A stretch of DNA of 64,000 nucleotides. Origin: a virus. A program made the translations under genes and the position numbers. Positions 38,126 through 47,208 of the stretch are shown here, in pieces. The notes below the pieces were generated by a model. It worked only from the letters and a program-made list of their open reading frames with translations, was not told the origin of the DNA and made no database searches. Where the stretch lies: positions 1 to 64,000 of IMG/VR virus record IMGVR_UViG_3300017991_000003. One strand, given 5' to 3'. How positions within the stretch are numbered: position 1 is the stretch's first letter; the number at the start of each line of letters is the position of its first letter.

Positions 38126-38947
38126 GTGACTTCGCTAGGCGCTCCCGACTTCGGGGACCTGGATACCCAGGTCTTCAACCCGATGATCTACCCCAGGCGG
38201 GTGATCATCGAGGTACTTCGGAACGTCTTCGCGCAAGCCATCTTCACCGAGTTTCCCGGTCAGACGACCAACCCGTTCCTCTTCGTCACCGACGGAGATG
38301 GGGCGATCGACACGTCCAGCAAGCTGGTTATCGCCGACACGTTCAGCGACGAGCTCAGCCGCACGGACATGAGGCCCACGATCCTCGTGGGTCGAGGAGC
38401 CTTCCGGTTCAACGATCTAGCTGTCGACGGGCAGGGGTTTGGCGGGGCAGCGCCCAGCCTACTCCACGCCCCCGACGGCGAGACCGCGGTCAAGCACCTC
38501 GGTCTTGGTGGTTCGACCAAGAAGGTATTTCAGGACATGACCACCATGTCCATCGCCATCAACTGCTACGCACGTCGCAGCCAGGAGGCGGAGTCGTTGG
38601 CCTGGCACACAGCCGGGTTCATCCGCTTCTACGAGTACGAGCTCAAGCAAGGTTCGATGATCAGCAAGATCGAGAGCCCGCTTGTCGGCGACGTAGCCCC
38701 CGCCAACACCGACTCCCAGCACGATCTGTACCTGGTGCCCATTACACTGGAAGTGCACCAGTCCATCACCTGGGTCAAATCCAACGCAGCCACGGTTGCC
38801 CAGATCCTTGCCGGACTGAACCGCCCCTCGGGCAGTCAGTTCCCGCAGTACTACGGATCGCCAGCGACAGTGACCGCCAAGCCCGCGCCGATCTTCGACA
38901 GCCCCAGTCTGTTGGATCGCTGGTTCAACCTATCCCCGTCGCCCTGA
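38126..38947 (+). CDS. hypothetical structural protein (273 aa)
   Basis: Preferred over the overlapping Arg-rich frame 38119..38952. Confidence 0.5.
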   Translation: MTSLGAPDFGDLDTQVFNPMIYPRRVIIEVLRNVFAQAIFTEFPGQTTNPFLFVTDGDGAIDTSSKLVIADTFSDELSRTDMRPTILVGRGAFRFNDLAVDGQGFGGAAPSLLHAPDGETAVKHLGLGGSTKKVFQDMTTMSIAINCYARRSQEAESLAWHTAGFIRFYEYELKQGSMISKIESPLVGDVAPANTDSQHDLYLVPITLEVHQSITWVKSNAATVAQILAGLNRPSGSQFPQYYGSPATVTAKPAPIFDSPSLLDRWFNLSPSP

Positions 38948-38956
38948 TCTAAGACC

Positions 38957-41900
38957 ATGGCCCTCGAAAATCTCCGTCCCGATCTCAAGATCGAGCAGAA
39001 GTTCGTGACGGCGGCGCCGCTGGTGCCCGCGTCCTCGCTGCCCGTGGTGCTAGTCGGGCTCAACCGCGACCTTCGCTATCGGCAGCTGACCGACATTAGC
39101 GCCTGGAACGGCGGCGCCTCGGTCTCTGATGTTGACTTCCCCGGTTGGCTTGGCGGTGCCGTTGAGGACACGGACCAGACCGATACGTACCTGCGGCCTG
39201 TCGTCGAGGTCTACCACGACACCTACGGGTGGGCGGCCATCACGGACGACGTGACCTTCAAGAACATGGCGACCGCCCCGGCGATGGACATCGCCTCGGG
39301 TGTCGACGCGGTGTTCGAGGTCGCATCTGGCACGACCGGAGCCTTCGCTGTGGACACCAGCGCCCCGGCGGCTAGTGCCTTTACCGACGCCAACGCGGAC
39401 TTCATCGATGACCAGGTGGCAGCTGGGGACGTCATCAAGGTCGATGGGATCGCCACCTACGAGGTCAACTCTCTAGGCCTTGTGAGCGACACCGAGCTCG
39501 AGGTGCGCCGCATGGACAAGGGTCCCGGCACGGCGGGGGCGGCCGAAGCGGCCAAGATCTTCGTCAGCGCGGAGGACACCAACGACGTTCGCACCCTCTA
39601 CAACACCTCGACGGGGTTCACCGCTGCGGGCGGCTTCACCTCCTCGGGTGTGGCTGTGGGCGATCTGGTCCGCCTAGATCACTGGAACATCGTCAGCCAG
39701 GGCTCAGGCATCACCTTCGAGGCGGTGGGCGCGGATACCACGACTGCGAACAACGCCGGCGACACCGCGAGCGCGACCGAGCGCGTCGTGACGCTGCCGA
39801 CCGCTGACGCGCTTACGGCCTGGGACAACACCACTTACACCGGTGGTGTCTTCTTCACGGCCAACGCAGACGGCGACCTGATGCCGGCTTTCTACCTGAG
39901 CCACGCTGTGGCGGGCCCTGAGACTGTGGCCATCGCCACCGACTACGGCTCCAACCACCTGGTGGATACTGAAGACGCGGACTTCGGTGTGAAGTTCCAG
40001 TTGTTCGACTACGTCTATCGCACGGCCAGCGCCAGCACCACGGGTGCTTTCACCGCTGAGAACGCTGACGGCTATCGGACCTTCACCGACTCCTCGGTCA
40101 CGACCTTCAACGGCAGCCCGACTACTGTTCAGCTCGGCGATCACATCGCTATCAAGGACGAGGATGGGATCTACCGCCCGGTCTTCCAGGTCATCGGCTT
40201 TGGTGACGCGGGTAGCCCGGCCAGCGAGAGCCCGGATACGGACGCCACTCTGGCGGTCCAGCAGTTCGGTGACATCCTCGGCTCGGCGGTCTTTGCCTCC
40301 AACGTCGACTATGTGATCCTCGGAGCCGAGGTCGAGCAGGAGTACCTGGGCGCGACCATCTCGGCCGAGAACGCCGACGCCTACGGTGCTACGACCCGCC
40401 TGCTTGAGGCGACCGGTGAGGACTTCAACGCCGATGGCGTGACCGCTGGCGATCTGGTCTTCAGCGACTCTGGCACCCTGATGTTCATCGTGGTGCAGGT
40501 GGGTGACACCGTGAGCCCGCTGACCTACGACACCCTCGTGGTCGTGGATCACCCCAACGCCGGTACTACTCTCGGGACGACCGATACGATCGCTGAGTTC
40601 GGCTACAGCGTCCGCACCTCGGCTCGCTCTGACTTCCAAGTCAAGCGAGTGGTCGACGCGGACACGCTCGAGATCACCGCGCTCTCGACGACCCCGAACG
40701 TGATTCCGGGGACTCGCTCGATCCGCGGCGCTATCTACTTCCAGACGGCTCCCAGCATTGCGGCCAGCCCCGACGAGCTAGGTACCAACCCCGTGCTGGT
40801 GACTGCTGGCGACTCCGACAGCGCCATCAACTACACCATCGAGAAGACCCTGAGCGGGGCCTCTCTCGAGGGCGATGTCTATGTCACCTACGCGGAGATC
40901 CTGAACACGAACAGCGCTTCGCTGCTCAGCTTCAACTCCTCGACCGTCACGGACGTTCTGGGCGACGCGGTCCCGGGTAACCCGCTGGGTCTGGCTGGCG
41001 CCATCGCTGCCCAGAACACCGATGCGACCATGTACGCGATCCAGGTGACCGCGGACACCTCGGCTGCGTGGCAGACGGCTCTCGAGGTCGCCAAGACCGA
41101 CACGGTCTACAGCCTCGTGCCGCTGACCCAGAACGACACGTACCTGACGCTCTTCCAGAGCCACGTGACCACGCAGAGCCTGCCCGACAACAAGCGTGAG
41201 CGGATCCTCTGGCAGTCCAAGTGGTTCAAGACCCAAGTCGACCGCACGTCCTATGACTCCTCGGTGGACACGTCCAACGCCACGGTCAGCCGATCGGCGC
41301 TCGGTGTTCAGACCCTGACGGTCTACAAGGACGTCGTGGCCCTTGGGGTCATCATCGGTGACGAGGTCACCATGACGACCTTCAACGGCACTTCCGAGGT
41401 CTCGGTCTCCGGCCGGATCACGGACATCGACAACACGACGCCGGCCCAACCGGTCCTGACGATGGTGGCGGACGGCAACGTCCCGCTCTCGACCACGGAT
41501 CTGACGGTTCTGACCTACGACATCAAGTCGAAGAGTCTGTCTCAGACGGAGCTGGCCACGTCGGTCACGACCTACCTCACGGCCCTCAGCGAGCGCCGCG
41601 TCCGCAACATCTTCCCCAGCCGCTATCAGGTGACCTTCACCGACACGACGGGGATCTACGACTCGGGCCTCGGCGATGTCGAGGATTACGAGGTCGGTGG
41701 TGAGTACGTCGGAGCCATCATGGCAGCGCTGCGTCAGGCTCGCGGGCCGGCCCAGCCGCTGACCAAGGTTGCCGGCTCGGGTATCCAGCTCGTGATCGAC
41801 CCCTTCAGCGACTCGGTGACTCTGCAAGACCAGATCATCGATGGCGGCGGCTTCTACATCGAGCAGCCGGCTGGTGAAGGCGGTTCGGTCCAGGCGATCC

Positions 41901-42214
41901 GCGCCCTGACCACGGACGTTACGACCCTGACCTTCGCCGAAGAGTCGGTGACGAGCCAGGCTGACAACTTCGCCCGGAAGCTCCGCGGCGCTTTGAAGCC
42001 TATCCTCGGTCCCTACATCCTGGATGAGGGCTTCTACACGCTGGTCAGCACCATCGCCTCCGGCGTGGTCAACAGCGTGGTTCCCGACGAACTGAAGGAC
42101 GCCCTGCTCCTCTCGATCACCGAAGACGAGACCGCGGCCGACAGCTTCATCATGGAGTACAAGATCGACGTCTGGTTCTCCGGTGCCCGCGGCACGATCA
42201 CCATCTACATCTAG
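38957..42214 (+). CDS. large structural protein (1085 aa), possible extended tail sheath
   Basis: Long Thr/Ser/Asp/Val-rich ORF followed by a 250-aa tube-like ORF; assignment by gene order only. Confidence 0.2.
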   Translation: MALENLRPDLKIEQKFVTAAPLVPASSLPVVLVGLNRDLRYRQLTDISAWNGGASVSDVDFPGWLGGAVEDTDQTDTYLRPVVEVYHDTYGWAAITDDVTFKNMATAPAMDIASGVDAVFEVASGTTGAFAVDTSAPAASAFTDANADFIDDQVAAGDVIKVDGIATYEVNSLGLVSDTELEVRRMDKGPGTAGAAEAAKIFVSAEDTNDVRTLYNTSTGFTAAGGFTSSGVAVGDLVRLDHWNIVSQGSGITFEAVGADTTTANNAGDTASATERVVTLPTADALTAWDNTTYTGGVFFTANADGDLMPAFYLSHAVAGPETVAIATDYGSNHLVDTEDADFGVKFQLFDYVYRTASASTTGAFTAENADGYRTFTDSSVTTFNGSPTTVQLGDHIAIKDEDGIYRPVFQVIGFGDAGSPASESPDTDATLAVQQFGDILGSAVFASNVDYVILGAEVEQEYLGATISAENADAYGATTRLLEATGEDFNADGVTAGDLVFSDSGTLMFIVVQVGDTVSPLTYDTLVVVDHPNAGTTLGTTDTIAEFGYSVRTSARSDFQVKRVVDADTLEITALSTTPNVIPGTRSIRGAIYFQTAPSIAASPDELGTNPVLVTAGDSDSAINYTIEKTLSGASLEGDVYVTYAEILNTNSASLLSFNSSTVTDVLGDAVPGNPLGLAGAIAAQNTDATMYAIQVTADTSAAWQTALEVAKTDTVYSLVPLTQNDTYLTLFQSHVTTQSLPDNKRERILWQSKWFKTQVDRTSYDSSVDTSNATVSRSALGVQTLTVYKDVVALGVIIGDEVTMTTFNGTSEVSVSGRITDIDNTTPAQPVLTMVADGNVPLSTTDLTVLTYDIKSKSLSQTELATSVTTYLTALSERRVRNIFPSRYQVTFTDTTGIYDSGLGDVEDYEVGGEYVGAIMAALRQARGPAQPLTKVAGSGIQLVIDPFSDSVTLQDQIIDGGGFYIEQPAGEGGSVQAIRALTTDVTTLTFAEESVTSQADNFARKLRGALKPILGPYILDEGFYTLVSTIASGVVNSVVPDELKDALLLSITEDETAADSFIMEYKIDVWFSGARGTITIYI

Positions 42215-42232
42215 TCCCGACGGACCTGAAAC

Positions 42233-42985
42233 ATGAGTAGCTACGTCAACTGGAGCTGGGCCTCCGAGCACGTTCAAACCGAGATCACTAACGGCGAGTA
42301 CGTCAGCTCGGAGAGCACCCTCGTGCTCGCCGGCCCGTCCCGGCTGTCGATGCTCTCGGGTGATGCTTCCGGCAACCTCTCCACCACGAACTCGGTCATC
42401 CCCTTGGGTCTGATCCAGAACATCGGCATCACGCAGCAGCGCCAGCTGAGCCGCCTGTTCGAGATCGGCTCCAAGCGCGCGTACTTCGTGCCCGGCCGCC
42501 TGTTCTCGAACTTCACCATCGGCCGGATCCTGTTCTACGGTCCCAGCCTCCTGCGCTTGCTCTACGCGCTGGCGCCGCTGAACGACTCGCAGCTGGGTAC
42601 GGTGGGTACGGACCTGAACGTCGACCCGGACAGTCAGGGCGATCCGATCTCGATCCCCACGGACTACGCGGATCTCTTCCAGAGCGGGCAGCTTCAACTG
42701 AAGCCGGGCTACGGTGGTACGATCGGCGAGGCCCAGAACCGGGACTTCTTCATCAACCTAGCCAGTGAGCTCTTCAACGTGCCCTTCGGCATGATCCTGG
42801 TGTTCAAGGACACCCGGAACCGCCCGTATGGCGCGGCCTTCCTCGAGGACTGCTACATCGAGACCCACCAGATGGGTGTCGACGCCAACGCCGTGGTGAT
42901 CGGTGAGTCGGCGACGGGTCAGTTCGACAGTGTGGCCCCGATCCAGCTGGCTACCCAGAGCTCGATCTACGGGCCGACCCCGTGA
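42233..42985 (+). CDS. hypothetical structural protein (250 aa), possible tail tube
   Basis: Position after the large protein; beta-rich composition; no motif-level support. Confidence 0.2.
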   Translation: MSSYVNWSWASEHVQTEITNGEYVSSESTLVLAGPSRLSMLSGDASGNLSTTNSVIPLGLIQNIGITQQRQLSRLFEIGSKRAYFVPGRLFSNFTIGRILFYGPSLLRLLYALAPLNDSQLGTVGTDLNVDPDSQGDPISIPTDYADLFQSGQLQLKPGYGGTIGEAQNRDFFINLASELFNVPFGMILVFKDTRNRPYGAAFLEDCYIETHQMGVDANAVVIGESATGQFDSVAPIQLATQSSIYGPTP

Positions 42986-42991
42986 GCTGAG

Positions 42992-43108
42992 ATGAACCTA
43001 ACAGCGGCGCTGATGCTCGGTGCCCTAGTGCTGGGGGTGGCTATCGTTCTCTTGGACGATCGCCGCTCCCAGCGGCGTAAACGGGCCAAAAGGAATAGGC
43101 GGAGCTAA
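42992..43108 (+). CDS. small membrane peptide (38 aa; hydrophobic helix + Arg/Lys tail)
   Basis: ATG 42992, TAA 43106; MNLTAALMLGALVLGVAIVLLDDRRSQRRKRAKRNRRS; below the ORF-track length cutoff. Confidence 0.3.
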   Translation: MNLTAALMLGALVLGVAIVLLDDRRSQRRKRAKRNRRS

Positions 43109-43142
43109 AAAGAAGGAGAAGGGGGCTGCCGCTCCCTTCTCC
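43105..43142 (-). terminator. rho-independent terminator for the - strand block
   Basis: Perfect 9-bp stem GGAGAAGGG/CCCTTCTCC (43115..43123 / 43134..43142), extendable to about 12 bp; on the - strand it is followed by TTCTTTTT (complement of 43105..43114). Confidence 0.6.
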
Positions 43143-43174
43143 GTGCTCACCGAGGGCTTCTCGATAAGGGGCCG

Positions 43175-43516
43175 CTAGTCCCGGAGCAGTGCGACGCTCG
43201 CGAGGGCGTCGCGATGCCTGACCAGCTCACCGGTCGTAGGGAACCGCGTGATGCCGAGGAGTTTCAGGGCTTCCGTTGCGCTGTCCGCAATGGCCCAGAA
43301 CTGCTTACCATACGGGTCCGTGTACTGGTACAGGTTCACCACGGTCTCAGCGCGCTCGAACTCGTCCCAGGCATCTACACTCCCGATCCACTTGAGCGTG
43401 GACCAGTCGAGCTCGAAGGCAACATCCCGGTTCAGGAATTGATAGGGCCCTTGGGCCGCATCGGCCAGATTGAGGGCCACAACCAGATGCTGGTCTAGTT
43501 GATAGATCTGCATCAT
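43175..43516 (-). CDS. hypothetical protein (113 aa)
   Basis: First (distal) gene of the - strand block; ATGA overlap with upstream gene. Confidence 0.5.
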   Translation of the reverse strand: MMQIYQLDQHLVVALNLADAAQGPYQFLNRDVAFELDWSTLKWIGSVDAWDEFERAETVVNLYQYTDPYGKQFWAIADSATEALKLLGITRFPTTGELVRHRDALASVALLRD

Positions 43517-43908
43517 AGGTGGATCCTCCGCTTCGGCTCCTCAGCCTGCTTACCCCGCGCCTCTCGGCAGGAGGTGCACAGGGCGACCTCGCCGGCCCAG
43601 GAGCCGGCGTCGTCGATCCACTGATCGATGATCTGACAGCCGCAGATCAGCGTCAGTGGCTCCGGCTTAGACTCGAAGAGCGGCTCCTCCTCGTCCTCCT
43701 TCGGAGGTGCGAAGAAGTTGCGGGGCCTGAAGGTGCCGCACACCTGCCCAGAGAGCAGGATGTGGTGCAGCAGCTCGTAGGAGCCGAGCCCTCGCCGGGA
43801 TCCACACGCGTCGCAGAAGTGAGCACGGGCCGGGTAGTGGTCCGGATCCATCTTCAACATCTGCTTGAGATACGCGAGATCGTCGGCCCTGCTGTCAGTC
43901 CGCGTCAT
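43513..43908 (-). CDS. hypothetical Cys-rich protein (131 aa)
   Basis: CDACGS...CGCQ...CTSC putative metal-binding residues. Confidence 0.5.
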   Translation of the reverse strand: MTRTDSRADDLAYLKQMLKMDPDHYPARAHFCDACGSRRGLGSYELLHHILLSGQVCGTFRPRNFFAPPKEDEEEPLFESKPEPLTLICGCQIIDQWIDDAGSWAGEVALCTSCREARGKQAEEPKRRIHL

Positions 43909-44132
43909 TGCGCCCTCCTGGGCCAGTGCTGGCGGCAGAGCCGCTCAGCGTAGGCCTCAAGGGCCGCGGCCCGGTTGGCCTCGGCCGTGGCGATGCCCTC
44001 GGCCAGCTCCTCGCTGAGACCCTTGGCGGTCTCGACGTCGAGCTGGTCCTGCCGGGCCAGGAACGCCGTCACCGAGGTGACGTGTTCCTGAACGGAGGGG
44101 TGCTGGACCACACCGAGGCGTGGCACCCTCAC
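43905..44132 (-). CDS. hypothetical small protein
   Basis: GTG at 44132..44130 overlapping the upstream stop (GTGA); the longer track ORF to 44312 overlaps the membrane-protein gene. Confidence 0.3.
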   Translation of the reverse strand: MRVPRLGVVQHPSVQEHVTSVTAFLARQDQLDVETAKGLSEELAEGIATAEANRAAALEAYAERLCRQHWPRRAQ

Positions 44133-44554
44133 CGGGTCACCTCGTCGATGTAGTCCTTGATGGGCTTGTCCATCTCGATGGCGGCCTTCATGGCCGCCCA
44201 GATTTTGTCCGCATCCGCAAGCCGAAGGACCACACAGGTCCCGTAGATCGCGATGACGCTGAGCATCAGCGCGGCGGAGCCGACCACGGCGCTCGTAGTC
44301 CACCACATCCACGTGGGAAGCGGCAGGATCGTCAGGTCGTACACGCCGGCGACGACCACGATCGTGTAGACCGCGACCAGGGTCGCCACGATGGCGTACG
44401 CGGAGCGGTTGAGGTCCTTGAGGACCCCGGCGTGCATCAGCACGATGCTGATCACGCAGGTCGCCGACACGACCAGACCCGTGTTGGGGCCCAGTCCGAA
44501 GAAGGCGACGACGGCCCAGAACAGGCCGTACAGGGTGTTGAAGGTGCGCGACAT
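44129..44554 (-). CDS. small integral membrane protein
   Basis: Four hydrophobic segments; ATG at 44554..44552 preceded by GGAGG (track start 44620 also possible). Confidence 0.55.
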   Translation of the reverse strand: MSRTFNTLYGLFWAVVAFFGLGPNTGLVVSATCVISIVLMHAGVLKDLNRSAYAIVATLVAVYTIVVVAGVYDLTILPLPTWMWWTTSAVVGSAALMLSVIAIYGTCVVLRLADADKIWAAMKAAIEMDKPIKDYIDEVTR

Positions 44555-44703
44555 GGTCGGCCTCCAGTGTTGGGGTGATGATGGTGCCGGGGTAGACATT
44601 CCCCGGATCACTAAACTCATGCCCGAACCCTCGCTTGTTCTGGCGCTTTTGGGTACCTACACTTCTTGTCGATGATGAGTCGGCGCCTCTGCGGGGCGGC
44701 TTC

Positions 44704-44736
44704 TTTCATGGGCAGGGCCTCGACGCAGCGGCAGCG
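44704..44736 (+). terminator. long GC hairpin followed by ATTTT on + strand; orientation and function unresolved
   Basis: AGGGCCTCGACGC-AGCGGCA-GCGTCGGGGCCCT, about 13 bp with one G-U; sits between sigma-factor stop and membrane-protein start. Confidence 0.35.
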
Positions 44737-44753
44737 TCGGGGCCCTATTTTGT

Positions 44754-44775
44754 GGCACTGGCTCCCAGTGTCAGA
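44754..44775. promoter_or_regulatory. 22-nt conserved element TGGCACTGGCTCCCAGTGTCAG (copy 2), palindromic core ACTGG-N3-CCAGT
   Basis: Exact duplicate of 26116..26137; overlaps sigma-factor stop codon. Confidence 0.4.
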
Positions 44776-45619
44776 GATTGGGATCGATGTCCTCGAGCAG
44801 CACCCACAGCTCTCGAAGCCCCTCGTTCTCGATCTGCCTCACACGCTCCCGAGTCCGCCGGTAGAAGCGTGCGAGCTCCCCATAGGGGGTCGGGTTCTCG
44901 TGCCCGAACCCGTAGTGCCGGCGGATGATGTCCTCAGCCTCCGGCTTCAGCTGCGCCAGGGCCCAGTTCAAGAGGTCCCGGTTCTCCTGATTGATGACCC
45001 GATCGAGCATCGCCGGGGCCGGTCCTAGCTGAACCCCCTGCGCTGTGTCCTGGGTGAGCCGGCCGCACGCCTCGGTGATCTCGGTGTCCAGGGTCACCAA
45101 CCGACTATCCCGAGCGTGCCTGTACTTCCGGATCTTGTCCGGGTCCCAGCCGAGCTCCTCGAAGATCTCCTCCTCGTCCGGGTAGTAGCCGTTGGTCTTC
45201 AACATCCGGTACGCCTTGGTCTGGTAGTCGGTGACCAGGGACCGGTGGCGAATAGGCTTGGCTGAGAGGTTGCGGTACTCCCGACGGACCTCGGCGTCGA
45301 TCCACCAGACGGCGTAGGTACTGAACTTGACGTGGCTCTTCGTGCCCTTGACGACCCGGTCAAGGTCGAAATCCCTGAGCGCCTTCATAAGCCCCACGAA
45401 CCCCGCGGAGATCATGTCGTGATAGCGCGCGTCCTTGGCCTCGACGAAGCGCTGCACTCGTCGGATTACCAGGCGGACATTGTGTTCGACCAGCCGCTGA
45501 GCTGCGGCATCATCCCCCTCGCGTAGCGCTTTGACGAGCAGCTCGCGTTCTTCCTCCTTCGACAGGACTGGGTGATCAGCTGCCTTGTGTAGGGCGATCT
45601 CGTCGAAGGACCAGTCCAC
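44771..45619 (-). CDS. sigma-70-family RNA polymerase sigma factor
   Basis: Region 2: LVEHNVRLVIRRVQRF...GFVGLMKALRDFD...KFSTYAVWWI; region 4 helix-turn-helix: NPTPYGELARFYRRTRERVRQIENEGLREL. Confidence 0.75.
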   Translation of the reverse strand: MDWSFDEIALHKAADHPVLSKEEERELLVKALREGDDAAAQRLVEHNVRLVIRRVQRFVEAKDARYHDMISAGFVGLMKALRDFDLDRVVKGTKSHVKFSTYAVWWIDAEVRREYRNLSAKPIRHRSLVTDYQTKAYRMLKTNGYYPDEEEIFEELGWDPDKIRKYRHARDSRLVTLDTEITEACGRLTQDTAQGVQLGPAPAMLDRVINQENRDLLNWALAQLKPEAEDIIRRHYGFGHENPTPYGELARFYRRTRERVRQIENEGLRELWVLLEDIDPNL

Positions 45620-45620
45620 G

Positions 45621-46067
45621 TCAACAGCCGAACGTGTCGAGGAGAGCCTTTGCGATGCGGCGCAAAGTCTCCTTCTCGCGTAGGCGTGGTACCCCGAGAA
45701 GGACGAAGTCGTACTGGTTACGGAAGAGGGGACTCACGCCAGCCTCGGCTTGGGTCCCCTGGATATTCAGCTTGCGAGCCACGAGATCATAGAGGTATGC
45801 ACTGAGCTCCTCTAGATCCGCAGACACGATCTGCTTGAAGTGGATGAACACCTTGGATTGATCGCCCAAGGCCTGTGTTCCAATGTGAGCCTGGTAGCGC
45901 CGGCCGCCGCTGCTCTGAAGCTCCAGAACATCGGGGACGACTGCCACGCCTTTAGCCCCCTCGTAGAGGCTGGCGTCTTCAAGAGCCTTGGCGTCTTCAA
46001 GAGCGTTTTTCCACTCCTTAGATCCGGGCTTGATGACGGAGAAGGACGGGTCAGGTGTCGAGGACAT
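45621..46067 (-). CDS. hypothetical protein (148 aa)
   Basis: ORF one nt downstream of sigma-factor start. Confidence 0.5.
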   Translation of the reverse strand: MSSTPDPSFSVIKPGSKEWKNALEDAKALEDASLYEGAKGVAVVPDVLELQSSGGRRYQAHIGTQALGDQSKVFIHFKQIVSADLEELSAYLYDLVARKLNIQGTQAEAGVSPLFRNQYDFVLLGVPRLREKETLRRIAKALLDTFGC

Positions 46068-46527
46068 CGTTGTGCCTCAGGATGCGGGCGATGATGTCTT
46101 CGCCCTGGTAGAAGAGCTCAACCCAGTAATCGTCGGGTTTTCGAGCCAACTGGCGCTCAATCCCTAGACCGAGGAGATGAGATGCACTATTGCAGTAGAC
46201 CTCAAGCTCCCAGGCTTTGTCAACAAACTGTTGCAACCACCTAGGGGGAGCGTAGAAGGTAACCACCGGGCCTTTCTTTCGGCTAGCCCCAGGGACGCGT
46301 GCTTGTGGGAGGAGGCTGTCGAGCGTACCGTCTAGGTAAGCCTCCTCAGCGAGCCACATGATAGGCCCGCTCGCGGCCCGGTCCGCCTTCTTCAGGATGC
46401 GTAGAAGGCGTTTCTTGGTCGGGGCGGTCAAAAACGCCCGACAGTCTTGACCAGTGCTTCGGTAGCTAGTGCCGAATGGCCTGGAAACCGTGCCCGCAGG
46501 AGGCGCAGCAGTAGGACTCTCGGACAT
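46051..46527 (-). CDS. hypothetical protein
   Basis: Internal ATG (MSESPTAAPP) chosen to reduce overlap with the next ORF; start uncertain. Confidence 0.35.
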   Translation of the reverse strand: MSESPTAAPPAGTVSRPFGTSYRSTGQDCRAFLTAPTKKRLLRILKKADRAASGPIMWLAEEAYLDGTLDSLLPQARVPGASRKKGPVVTFYAPPRWLQQFVDKAWELEVYCNSASHLLGLGIERQLARKPDDYWVELFYQGEDIIARILRHNDVLDT

Positions 46528-46678
46528 GGGTCCCGAGCCTAGCTGCCTCAGCCATCTTCTGTAGGTCTCGATCTCCCTGTTCCTCGAGCTGTCCGACATC
46601 CGTAGCCTCGCGGCTGGGGGCAGGCGTGCAGTCTGCGCTGTTGCATTCAGGGCAGGAAACGACTCCGTACTTCTCCAT
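46466..46678 (-). CDS. small Zn-ribbon protein (70 aa)
   Basis: CPEC...CCASC; competes with the overlapping frame 46051..46599. Confidence 0.35.
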   Translation of the reverse strand: MEKYGVVSCPECNSADCTPAPSREATDVGQLEEQGDRDLQKMAEAARLGTHVRESYCCASCGHGFQAIRH

Positions 46679-46680
46679 GT

Positions 46681-47208
46681 TCAGTCTTCGCTAGCAGCTT
46701 GTTGTCGACGGACCTCCGCAGATGCAGCGTAGCAGAGCACCATCGCATCCGAGATGTCCTCGTGGGCTTTGGGCACACCATCAGGATAGCCCAAATCGGC
46801 CAAGTCATCGGAAAACCGTTCATTCATTCGAGCCCGCGCCCCGTCCTTATCCTTGGCCTTGACGCGACTGCGGGCCGTCTTAGCTGTGATCAGGACCGGC
46901 TCGTAACCCGCTCGGGCGACCTCCGACATCACGGCCCCGATAGCCATGGCGACCTTGCCCATGGATGATAGGTTCCTGGCGTGCTTGTTGAACTTCAAGT
47001 CCTCGATGATCACGTGATCCGGGTTCCACTTGGCGAGCACCTCCCGCACCCGCTTCCCTAGCTGCCCGATCCGAGCAGCGAAGGTGTCCTTGGCGCGCAA
47101 CCGAAGGAGCTCGACATGCAGCATCTCCCACTCATCGCTCTCATCCATCCGCATCAAGGCCACCCCTGTTTTGAGGCTGCCGCAGTCGAATCCCATTACA
47201 ACGGTCAT
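46681..47208 (-). CDS. RuvC-like Holliday junction resolvase
   Basis: GFDCGSLKTGVAL (cf. RuvC GIDPGSRVTGYGV), HVIIEDL, DAMVLCYA acidic catalytic positions. Confidence 0.6.
   Translation of the reverse strand: MTVVMGFDCGSLKTGVALMRMDESDEWEMLHVELLRLRAKDTFAARIGQLGKRVREVLAKWNPDHVIIEDLKFNKHARNLSSMGKVAMAIGAVMSEVARAGYEPVLITAKTARSRVKAKDKDGARARMNERFSDDLADLGYPDGVPKAHEDISDAMVLCYAASAEVRRQQAASED

Noticed and set aside
38119-38952. Alternative + frame (Arg-rich, 277 aa) overlapping 38126..38947.
   Set aside because: Arg/Pro-rich translation typical of an off-frame in GC-rich DNA; the other frame gives a balanced protein-like sequence.
40778-42697. 639-aa - strand ORF antisense to the 1085-aa structural gene.
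   Set aside because: Arg/Gly/Asp/Val-rich shadow frame; the + strand genes are colinear and translationally coupled.
44635-44928. + strand 97-aa ORF in the sigma-factor downstream region.
   Set aside because: Overlaps the sigma gene antisense and has an Arg/Ala/Ser-rich low-complexity translation; would only become interesting if antisense transcription from the 22-mer is demonstrated.
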